This document shows, one piece after another, positions 8,635 through 19,480 of a DNA stretch of 64,000 nucleotides (positions within the stretch are counted from its first letter, which is position 1; the number at the start of each line of letters is the position of its first letter). The DNA is from Pseudomonadota bacterium (lineage in GTDB: Bacteria > Myxococcota_A > Polyangia > Fen-1088). The stretch spans positions 9,045 to 73,044 of the forward strand of contig JANOJB010000130.1 in the NCBI GenBank assembly GCA_031407985.1, given 5' to 3'. A program made the translations under genes and the position numbers. Below the pieces are notes generated by a model. The model saw only the letters and a program-made list of their open reading frames with translations, searched no databases and was not told the origin of the DNA.

Positions 8635-10038
8635 TCACGCGCCAACAATCAATGTGAACCGCCAGATGTGGCTCTCGAGCCCGAATCCGGCGTCGATTCC
8701 CACCAACGGCACGGCCACGGATCGTAGGAAGAACCGCAAGCCGCCACCAACGTCGGTGTGCACATCGCGCCTGAGATCGAACCCCTCGGAAATATAGGCC
8801 GAGTTGAACGAACGCAGGTCGCTGGGACGCACCCAATACGTCCCCTGCATGTTCGCGGGATCGGTGGGGAGGCTGCGAAACCAGATTGCCGCCGAGTCAT
8901 AGAACCCCAGCGCACGAAAGTCGAGGGAACCGATGGAGAACAACGGAAAGTGATACTCGGCACGGGCATTGAGTTGCGTATCGCCTCGAAACTGCTGACC
9001 TAGGTACCCGCGCAAATTGCCACCGCCTGCGGTCGATTCCCACCACAAGGGCAAGTCCTTACCGATGGTGCCACCCACGATATAGATGAAGTTGTGTCGG
9101 CGAAAGAACCGGATCCCCTGCTCCCAGAAGACGCTCGCACGCCAAAAGCTGAAGTCGCTCTTGAAGGCGCGACTTCCCAGGTCCAGGTTACCGCCCAGCG
9201 CGGGACCCGTCATGATCGCGTGCTCACGAGCGCGCCAATCGAACGCCACGGCGGCGCGTCCCATGCCCACGATACCGCCTTTGGTCGTCGGGATATTGTC
9301 CGTCGGTAGAACATCACCGGTATTCGGATCGAACCTTTCCTGTTTTCCGGCGAGATAGGTGACCTTGTCCAAGCGCCACGAAACCTGCGTCTTAACGCGC
9401 CGAAACCATGCGACGCCCAAGGCGGGTTCCACGCCAAACAGATCCAGGGTCGACTGGCGCCACGGCGCTCTCGGATCTCGGCTACCCGCACTGATGTCAT
9501 ATTCCGGCGTGACTTGGCGCTGCGCGATGCCCTTCAGTTCCCAGTAGATCCAGCTGCCAAACAGCGCGGGATCGCGATACGCCAACACGGCACCGGAATC
9601 GAGACTCGCCAACCTTCCGCCGACAACCATTTGCTTGCCGCGCCCGAACAGGTTCCCGTGGACGAACAAGAGCCCCAACGATTTGTTGTTCGCGGACCAC
9701 GACCCCGTCGGAACTGGTGCCCAGGGAAACTTGTCCTTGACGGCTATGTTGACCCGAACACCCTCGCCCTGGTTTTCCCACCAAACGTTGACGTCGGCGA
9801 ACAGCCCCGCGGTGTTCAACCGTTCGCGAACCGTCGCCAGCGTATCGGCTTCCAATGTGTCACCGATCCGAACCCCACACAGGGAGCGAACCGTGTCTTC
9901 GGCCGTCCGAACGTTGCCCATGACGCGCACATCCGTGATCCTCTCACCGACGGCGGAGGCCCGTTGCGGGGACAGCAACACAGCGATGACGAAACCTACT
10001 GCAAGAACCGGCCGCAGCCGAGGAAGAGGCAGCATCAT
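8635..10038 (-). CDS. Short Omp85/BamA-family outer-membrane beta-barrel with a single POTRA-like N-domain
   Basis: Signal peptide MMLPLPRLRPVLAVGFVIAVLLSPQRASA, then a POTRA-like stretch (ITDVRVMGNVRTAEDTVRSLCGVRIGDTLEADTLATVRERLNTAGLFADVNV) and a barrel with alternating aromatic strands. It ends in RFTLIVGA rather than the usual terminal aromatic residue. The tracked ORF starts at 10065. I prefer the ATG at 10038 because it has AGGA 9 nt upstream and gives a better signal peptide. Confidence 0.8.
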   Translation of the reverse strand: MMLPLPRLRPVLAVGFVIAVLLSPQRASAVGERITDVRVMGNVRTAEDTVRSLCGVRIGDTLEADTLATVRERLNTAGLFADVNVWWENQGEGVRVNIAVKDKFPWAPVPTGSWSANNKSLGLLFVHGNLFGRGKQMVVGGRLASLDSGAVLAYRDPALFGSWIYWELKGIAQRQVTPEYDISAGSRDPRAPWRQSTLDLFGVEPALGVAWFRRVKTQVSWRLDKVTYLAGKQERFDPNTGDVLPTDNIPTTKGGIVGMGRAAVAFDWRAREHAIMTGPALGGNLDLGSRAFKSDFSFWRASVFWEQGIRFFRRHNFIYIVGGTIGKDLPLWWESTAGGGNLRGYLGQQFRGDTQLNARAEYHFPLFSIGSLDFRALGFYDSAAIWFRSLPTDPANMQGTYWVRPSDLRSFNSAYISEGFDLRRDVHTDVGGGLRFFLRSVAVPLVGIDAGFGLESHIWRFTLIVGA

Positions 10039-10169
10039 CAATTCAATCCTAGCACCGAGGCGCATGCGGGGCGAAGTGGGGGGCGTGCATGTGCCGCGGT
10101 CCCAGGTACGTCAAGGTACGAGCACGATGTAGGACCCCGGTGCTGGCACCGACGCCGCCCGAAAAGCCT

Positions 10170-13241
<3,072 letters not shown>

Positions 13242-13300
13242 AAGACGCGTAGCCCGTCAGTGGGCGATGGGGACGACAGCGAAAAACGGCTCACCTTATT

Positions 13301-13328
13301 GCGCGAACCGCGCTTGCGCAAGGTTCGC
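13301..13328 (-). terminator. Candidate stem-loop downstream of the methyltransferase gene and upstream of secA
   Basis: cgcgaacc...ggttcgcg form 8-bp inverted arms around a 12-nt GC-rich centre, 29 nt after the stop at 13357. No adjacent U-tract, so terminator function is uncertain. Confidence 0.25.
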
Positions 13329-13356
13329 GAGCCACGAAGTCGGTGGCCCACCCCAT

Positions 13357-13953
13357 TCATCGATCTCCCGTGGAAACCTGCAAAACAAACGCCGATCGGG
13401 CGAACGGCTGCCAGGGTGCCCGGCAAAACCGTCCCAACTCCCGGCTCTCACGCAGCAAGAACCCAAGGCCCCTGAACAGCCACTCCCATTCGCGCCTGGT
13501 CAAGAACCCAAACGGCGCGCGGCTGCCGATCTTGACCCTATAGCTCTCGCCATGGCGTCGATTCATCAGGCGGTCGAACGCATTGTTGGGCGTGTCCTCG
13601 AGGATGAACACCTTGCTGCGGCTGACCCGCGCCGCTTCCCTGAGCAGATGCGTCTTGCGATCGTCGGGTACGTGATGAAGGACGAAGTTGAGCATCACGA
13701 TGTCGAAGCTTCCGTCGGGAAATGGCAGATTTAGCCCATCAAACAGGCGAAAAGGCTGCCCTTGAATCCTGCGAACGTCGACAATGTCGACCAAATCAAC
13801 CGAGACGCCGCGAGCGGCCAACTCGGCTGCGACATAGCCTTCACCGCATCCGACGTCCAGCACGGCGGTTCCCGCCCGAACATGTTCGGCCAGCAACGCC
13901 ACCGCTTGGCGTGATTCACGTCGCACGATTCGAGAGTGATAGAGAATGCCCAT
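13357..13953 (-). CDS. Class I SAM-dependent methyltransferase (Methyltransf_11-like)
   Basis: 198 aa with motif I VLDVGCGEGYVAAELAARG and post-I/II FDIVMLNFVLHHV. Confidence 0.8.
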   Translation of the reverse strand: MGILYHSRIVRRESRQAVALLAEHVRAGTAVLDVGCGEGYVAAELAARGVSVDLVDIVDVRRIQGQPFRLFDGLNLPFPDGSFDIVMLNFVLHHVPDDRKTHLLREAARVSRSKVFILEDTPNNAFDRLMNRRHGESYRVKIGSRAPFGFLTRREWEWLFRGLGFLLRESRELGRFCRAPWQPFARSAFVLQVSTGDR

Positions 13954-14244
13954 ACGCGATTGAACAGCAAGGCCAGGACCAACCCGAAGTCTCCGCGCGA
14001 ACTGGCGTTCGCGCGTCCCCGTGTCGGGGTTCCAACTCGCAAGTGCCCAATTCCGGACAGTTCACCGCGATTCTCCCCGCCGCCTTGCCACTGGAACCGG
14101 GCGTCAACGCCCATTCCCGGCCGAAGACGGAGCGTTGCCCATCGCTCGGAAGCTGCGCCTCGGTCGTACTGTCGCGCAAGATCGCGGATCTGGCGGCTGC
14201 GAGTACGCGTCCTTCATTGATCCTGTAGTAGAACCTCCGACGCG

Positions 14245-15384
14245 ATGTCGGGCCGCCACAAGGTCCTTTTCCTGATTCCCAATCTGCAGCAGGGCGGCGC
14301 GGAACGCCAGATACTGGAACTGGCAACGCGCTTGCCTGAGCGCTTCGAACCCGTCTTGTGTCTATTCAACGACACGATTCACTATCGCGAGTATCTGCCC
14401 CCAGGCCAGCCGCGCCACGTTCTGGGGGTGCCCCGCATGACCCGGATGGGGTTTCGGCGCCTCGTCGATGTCCTTCGCTCCGAGCAGCCCCAGATCCTGC
14501 AGACGTACCGGGACAAGACGAATTTCTGGGGCCGCCTGGCGGCGCGACGGGCTCCGGTGCCCATCGTCGTGACGTCGGTTCGCAACCGCGCCATAGCGCC
14601 CCTGCACATGCTGACCGAGCGCTGGCTGTGCAAGAACACCGACCGCGTCCTGACCAACTCCGAAGGGGTTAGGCGCGAGTTGGTGAGGTTCGCTCGCGTC
14701 CCAGCAGACAAGATTCAGATCGTTCACAACTTCATCGACACCACCCGGTTTCGGCCTCCGACCGCGGACCAGCGAATCGCGGCGCGCGCGCGCTGGAACA
14801 TCGCGGACGACGAGACAATCATGCTGTGTCCGGGACGGATCGCGTTCCAGAAGCATCAGTTGGGATTGGCATTGGCACTCGGCATGCTTCGCAAACAGGG
14901 TGGTTTGCCGCCTCGCGCTCGTTTGCTTCTGGCTGGGCGGAAACGCGATCGGATCTACTCGTCGATGCTCGATCCCTGGCTCTCGTGGTTGGGCTTGAAG
15001 AAGGAAGTCACGTACCTGGGCTCCGTTTCGGAGATGTTGTCGCTTTATCACGCGGCCGATTTGCTGGTCCTTCCCTCCTTGTACGAAGGGCTTCCGAACG
15101 CCGTTCTCGAGGGGCACGCTTGCGGATTACCCGCGGTCGTATCCCACGCCGCGAACATCGATGGCCTGGTCATCGACGGCGAAACGGGATTCGAGGCACC
15201 CACCTTCAACCACGGTCGGCTGGCCGAAGCGCTGGGCAAGATGTTGGCGAAGGGTCCGGACGAACGGCGTCAGATGGGCGCTCTGGGACGGGAGCACATC
15301 GTTCGCGAGTTCAGTGTCGAGCGCGTGCTCAACGAGATGGTGGCCCTATACGATCGTCTTCTGCGCGAAAAGGGCTTGGCCTGA
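14245..15384 (+). CDS. Glycosyltransferase family 4 (GT-B)
   Basis: 379 aa. KVLFLIPNLQQGGAERQ N-terminus and a C-terminal EGLPNAVLEGHACGLPAVVSHAANIDGLVIDGETG motif. Confidence 0.85.
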   Translation: MSGRHKVLFLIPNLQQGGAERQILELATRLPERFEPVLCLFNDTIHYREYLPPGQPRHVLGVPRMTRMGFRRLVDVLRSEQPQILQTYRDKTNFWGRLAARRAPVPIVVTSVRNRAIAPLHMLTERWLCKNTDRVLTNSEGVRRELVRFARVPADKIQIVHNFIDTTRFRPPTADQRIAARARWNIADDETIMLCPGRIAFQKHQLGLALALGMLRKQGGLPPRARLLLAGRKRDRIYSSMLDPWLSWLGLKKEVTYLGSVSEMLSLYHAADLLVLPSLYEGLPNAVLEGHACGLPAVVSHAANIDGLVIDGETGFEAPTFNHGRLAEALGKMLAKGPDERRQMGALGREHIVREFSVERVLNEMVALYDRLLREKGLA

Positions 15385-17327
15385 TGTGTGGCATCGCGGG
15401 AGCCCTGGCGGGGCCCCATGACGTTCCACCGGCCCAGTTGGTACCACGCATGTTGGTGGCCCAGCTTCACCGTGGCCCCGACGGGGGCGGACTTCTGGCT
15501 GACGGCCCCGTCGTTCTGGGACATCGGCGCCTGTCCATCATCGACCTGTCCACCGCCGGCCGCCAGCCGATGACAAACGAGGATGGCACCGTGGCCGTCG
15601 TCGTGAACGGCGAGATTTACAACCATTCCGAACTGCGCAGGGATCTGGAAGAAAAGGGCCACCGATTTCGCAGCCAAAGCGATTCCGAGGTCGTGGTTCA
15701 TTTGTACGAAGAGGTCGGATCGCGCACCCCCGAGTACCTGCGCGGCATGTTTGCCTTTGCCGTGTGGGATGCACGCCGACGGCGGTTGCTGCTTGCGCGA
15801 GATCGCTTTGGGGAAAAGCCCCTGCACTACGCCCAGACCGCGGACACCTTCTTATTCGCCTCCGAAATCGCCGCGCTGCTGGCGGACGATCGCGTTGGCC
15901 GGCAGATCGATCTGGCGGCCCTGGACGCGTACCTGGCGCTGCAATACGTGCCCCACCCCGACACCATCTTCACGGACATCAAGAAGTTGCCCCCGGGGCA
16001 TCTCCTCGAAGTCGAGGCTGGCGGTGTACCCTCCGTTCGTTCCTACTACAGTCTGAAGGGGCACGCCGGCCGCGACCCTGGGCCCGCCACCGAGGCCGAG
16101 GCGCTTGGATTGATTCGTTCGACGGTCGAGGAAGCTATCGACAGCCGCCTGATGTCCGACGTGCCGTTGGGAGCATTCCTGTCGGGTGGCGTGGATTCGT
16201 CAATCGTCGTGGCCTGCATGGCCCGCCGATCCTCGCGTCCGGTTCAGACATTCTCCGTCGGATTCTCCGACGCAGGCGCCACCGAGCTCCCCTACGCGCG
16301 CTTGGTGGCCGAGCGCTATCACACGGATCACCACGAATTGATGGTGGACCCCGATATGGCCTCCCTCCTCCCCAGTGTGATCCGGCACCACGGCGAGCCC
16401 TTCGGAGACACGTCGGCGATCCCAACCCGCTACCTATGTCAGATGACCCGGCGCAACGTTGTCGTGGCGCTTTCGGGTGACGCCGGAGACGAGGTGTTTG
16501 GCGGTTACCGCCGGTATGTCTGGGCCCATGTCGCCGATGTGATTAGACGGCTGCCGGCTGGCATGGGGGCGGCGGTGGCCGCGACCTTGCGTGCTGTTCC
16601 AGGAGCGCCACTGCGCTGGTTACGCCGATTTGGCAAGGCCGTCGCGTCGGACGAAGCCAGCGCCTACCTGGAGTTTATCGGACACTTCCCCATCGACGAA
16701 CGGACGGCGCTTTACACCCCCGATCTGGCCCACCGCTTCGCCAGCGACGAAACCGCCCACCGCTTCGCGCAGCGCCTCGGGGCCATTCCCGCGGGCGCCG
16801 CGGTCGATCGATTGTCCGCGCTGGATCTGCAGACCTATCTACCAGACGACATCCTGACCAAGGTCGACATCGCCAGCATGACGTGTGGTTTGGAGGCCCG
16901 GGCACCGCTGGTGGATCATCGGGTGGTCGAATTGGGCGCGTGGCTTCCGGCAAGCGCGAAGCTGCGCGACATGGAGGGCAAGGCTCTGTTCAAAAAAGCG
17001 TTCGAGGATCTCCTTCCACCGGCGATTCTCGAACGCGGAAAACGCGGCTTTGCGTTGCCGACCCGTCGTTGGTTGGGCGGCAGGCTCCACGGATTCGCCC
17101 GCGAAACATTGCTGTCGGCTTCCGCACGCGCGCGGGGCCTTTTCCGACCGGAGGCGGTGACGTCGCTTCTGGATCGCCACCGGGCCGGTGAAGATCACGG
17201 TGAACGGATCTGGAACCTGCTGGCGCTCGAGATCTGGTATCGGGAGATGGTCGACGGACGTGCTCGATTCTCCGCTGATCTACAACGCCGCGAAGGCGAC
17301 GCGACAGCCGCTGTCCCACCGCCGTAG
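15384..17327 (+). CDS. asnB: Asparagine synthase (glutamine-hydrolysing), AsnB family
   Basis: The Ntn start MCGIAG overlaps the GT stop (TGATG). GATase-2 motifs are present (HRGPDG, LSIIDL), plus the synthetase PP-loop SGGVDSS. The tracked ORF's 186-codon N-terminal extension overlaps the GT gene and is rejected. Confidence 0.92.
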   Translation: MCGIAGALAGPHDVPPAQLVPRMLVAQLHRGPDGGGLLADGPVVLGHRRLSIIDLSTAGRQPMTNEDGTVAVVVNGEIYNHSELRRDLEEKGHRFRSQSDSEVVVHLYEEVGSRTPEYLRGMFAFAVWDARRRRLLLARDRFGEKPLHYAQTADTFLFASEIAALLADDRVGRQIDLAALDAYLALQYVPHPDTIFTDIKKLPPGHLLEVEAGGVPSVRSYYSLKGHAGRDPGPATEAEALGLIRSTVEEAIDSRLMSDVPLGAFLSGGVDSSIVVACMARRSSRPVQTFSVGFSDAGATELPYARLVAERYHTDHHELMVDPDMASLLPSVIRHHGEPFGDTSAIPTRYLCQMTRRNVVVALSGDAGDEVFGGYRRYVWAHVADVIRRLPAGMGAAVAATLRAVPGAPLRWLRRFGKAVASDEASAYLEFIGHFPIDERTALYTPDLAHRFASDETAHRFAQRLGAIPAGAAVDRLSALDLQTYLPDDILTKVDIASMTCGLEARAPLVDHRVVELGAWLPASAKLRDMEGKALFKKAFEDLLPPAILERGKRGFALPTRRWLGGRLHGFARETLLSASARARGLFRPEAVTSLLDRHRAGEDHGERIWNLLALEIWYREMVDGRARFSADLQRREGDATAAVPPP

Positions 17328-17335
17328 GGGAACTT

Positions 17336-18058
17336 TCACAGCCAGTCGCCGGGCGACGATCGCACGACGTCGTCCGCGTGAGCGCGCTCATCCTGCAGAT
17401 CGACCTCTAGCCAGCCGATGCCGCTGATATCGCGACAGACTGGCGGCCGTTCGGAGGTGGCGAGGCGGGCCAGAATCCGTTCAACGTGAACCGCCCGCCC
17501 CTCCCCCGCCAGCACCGCATCGGCCGCGGCCCAATAGCGATCACCGGCGTCATCCGGCACGCGTGTCATCCCCACGTAGCCGCAGTCGAATTTCGTCAGC
17601 GTCTTCGCGATGGCACACACGCGCCCTCGCTCATCGCGGGCCACCTTCATATCGTCGGGCCCCAGTCGCCGATCCTCATCGACGAACGCCGTGATCTCCG
17701 TCGGCGTGTCGACGACACGTGCCGCGATATCCGGCCGGTAGATGTGATCGACATTCATCAGGAGGAAATCGCCACGAATGCGTCCCCGTGCCGCCATCAG
17801 AGAGATCAGGTTGCCGTCGCGAAAGGCCTGGTTCTCAACCAGGGTCACCTCCAGGTGACGGCGGTCGATCTCGGCGGCGACGTCCGCGTACCCGAATCCG
17901 CCCACCACCACGATCTCGCTGGGTTGCACCCGACCAGCAAACCGGACCGCGTGCTGCAGCAGCGATTCGCCGGCAACCTCGATGAGGGCCTTCGGAAGCC
18001 GCTCGGTCAGCGCTCCCAGGCGACTTCCAAGGCCAGCCGCCAACAGGACAACCTGCAC
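17336..18058 (-). CDS. Nucleotidyltransferase (sugar-phosphate/LicC-like NTP_transferase family)
   Basis: GTG at 18058 with GGGGGA upstream, 9 nt after the HAD stop. VQVVLLAAGLGSRLG...LPKALIEV signature and a C-terminal WLEVDLQDE motif. Confidence 0.75.
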   Translation of the reverse strand: MQVVLLAAGLGSRLGALTERLPKALIEVAGESLLQHAVRFAGRVQPSEIVVVGGFGYADVAAEIDRRHLEVTLVENQAFRDGNLISLMAARGRIRGDFLLMNVDHIYRPDIAARVVDTPTEITAFVDEDRRLGPDDMKVARDERGRVCAIAKTLTKFDCGYVGMTRVPDDAGDRYWAAADAVLAGEGRAVHVERILARLATSERPPVCRDISGIGWLEVDLQDERAHADDVVRSSPGDWL

Positions 18059-18066
18059 ATATCCCC

Positions 18067-18831
18067 CTAGCCGTGACCGACGATCGAACGCGTCGTCACT
18101 GCCTCGCCCACCGCCCAATCGCCCCCTCCCTGCAATAACCCTGGGAGCTCACCGAAACGTCGCATGATGGGAAAATGCGGGAAGCGGAGCGAAAATCTTT
18201 CGAAGGAAAAGGTCCCCGCCAACCCGACAAACGGTATCCCCTCGGCCTCGGCCACTTCACCGTCGTGTAGGGAATCGCCCACGAACAACATCTTCGAGCG
18301 ATCGATGTCGAACCGGGCCTCGGCGCGCTCGATATGCGGTCTTCCCTTCGCAAGGCCCCCACCGAACCCCAGCGCCAGATCGAAATCGAAGCCCGCGTTC
18401 CGCGCGAACGTCGCCACGTTTTCGACTCCATTGTTGGATGAGACCACGATAGCCACGCCACGACTCTTCAGAAGAGTCAGAGTGCGCTCGACCTCGACCG
18501 GCATGCGAATTTGGTTGCATCGATCGGGCTTGCGCCCCTCGAAGAGGTCGGAGGCGCGCCGGTTGCGCGAATCGCCCGGAAAAATTGAATCCAGCTGCTT
18601 GATGAAAGGCAAACCACAGGTCGCGACATACAGCTCGCGCGCCAACACACGGGGCGTGCCGTAGATCTCCCCCATAACGTCCGTCGCAAGGTCGGCCAGC
18701 GTAGGCATGCTGTCGATCAAGGTCCCATCCAGATCACACAGCAACACCCTTGGAGTCGAGAGCGACGCCAAGGAGTGTTCCCGCGGTTTGTGGGCAACGG
18801 AAACTGAGACCCAGGCAGGAGAAACTGACAT
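18067..18831 (-). CDS. HAD-superfamily hydrolase/phosphatase
   Basis: Motif I LLCDLDGTLIDS, motif II VVSSN and motif III/IV KGRP...FVGDSLHDGEVA. Confidence 0.8.
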   Translation of the reverse strand: MSVSPAWVSVSVAHKPREHSLASLSTPRVLLCDLDGTLIDSMPTLADLATDVMGEIYGTPRVLARELYVATCGLPFIKQLDSIFPGDSRNRRASDLFEGRKPDRCNQIRMPVEVERTLTLLKSRGVAIVVSSNNGVENVATFARNAGFDFDLALGFGGGLAKGRPHIERAEARFDIDRSKMLFVGDSLHDGEVAEAEGIPFVGLAGTFSFERFSLRFPHFPIMRRFGELPGLLQGGGDWAVGEAVTTRSIVGHG

Positions 18832-19022
18832 TGTGGGCTCGGGGTACGCAAACGCCGCGCCTACGAAGCAGCCTGCTTAATAGCTAATAATTACAATGTT
18901 TTATGTGTCAGAAGAACCCGCGGTTGTCTAATTTTCAACACCTGGGGTAGGTGGAAACCTGACAGTTAGGATCTTAGAACCTCGACAGGCTCCGTAGCTT
19001 CGGGGTCAGGTGCGCTTACCGC

Positions 19023-19361
19023 TCAGGCGCCGACAATCAGAAGAAATCGCCATTTCTGGCTTTCCAACCCAAATCCGGCTCCCAGTACTTCGTTCGGAAG
19101 ACTGCGATACCAGGTCGCGGATGCGTTGTAGAAGCCCAAGGCTCGAAAATCCAACGATCCGATTGAAAACAACGGAAAATAGTATTCGGCGCGAGCGTTC
19201 AGCTGTGTGTCACCGCGGAATTGCTGCCCGAGGTAACCACGCAGTCCCGGCCCACGGCGCACACAGGACGACCAAGAATAGTGAGAACGGTGGTGTGAGA
19301 CCCGTCAACGGCCGACAAGAATGCAACACCATCGTGTCTAGTCCTAGCACCCGCTGCCCAT
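19023..19361 (-). pseudogene. Internally deleted, frameshifted relic of a paralog of the Omp85-like gene at 8635-10038
   Basis: The 79-codon ORF at 19023-19262 (LRGYLGQQFRGDTQLNARAEYYFPLFSIGSLDFRALGFY...GAGFGLESQKWRFLLIVGA) matches the last strands of the full gene but lacks about 50 internal residues. The segment 19263-19380 matches its 5' leader and signal-peptide codons (cttcgcccc...ATG.GC..CGG.TGCTAGGA....GATG.TG.TGC) but is out of frame with the C-terminal piece. Confidence 0.65.
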
Positions 19362-19480
19362 AGGGGCGAAGGGCCTTAGCTCACGGATGGGGCGCTCGAA
19401 GAAAAAACGAATGATCGCCGTTTCGAACGCTGATCGGCTCCCCATGCGGACACGATCCCTGTTAGCTTTTTGAGCGCCGA

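Noticed and set aside
14826-15383. 186-codon N-terminal extension of the AsnB ORF
   Set aside because: It overlaps the well-supported GT4 gene in another frame. AsnB-family enzymes must begin Met-Cys (MCGIAG), which occurs exactly at the TGATG junction.
18848-18883. tmRNA-like tag reading frame GCA AAC GCC ... GCT TAA TAG (ANAAPTKQPA followed by a double stop)
   Set aside because: There is no tRNA-like acceptor/T-arm (GGTTCGA..CCA) within the expected distance, and no 5' GGGG-CUGA start. The tag lacks the usual hydrophobic-AA ending. The segment is best explained as the AT-rich promoter/leader of the HAD gene on the other strand.
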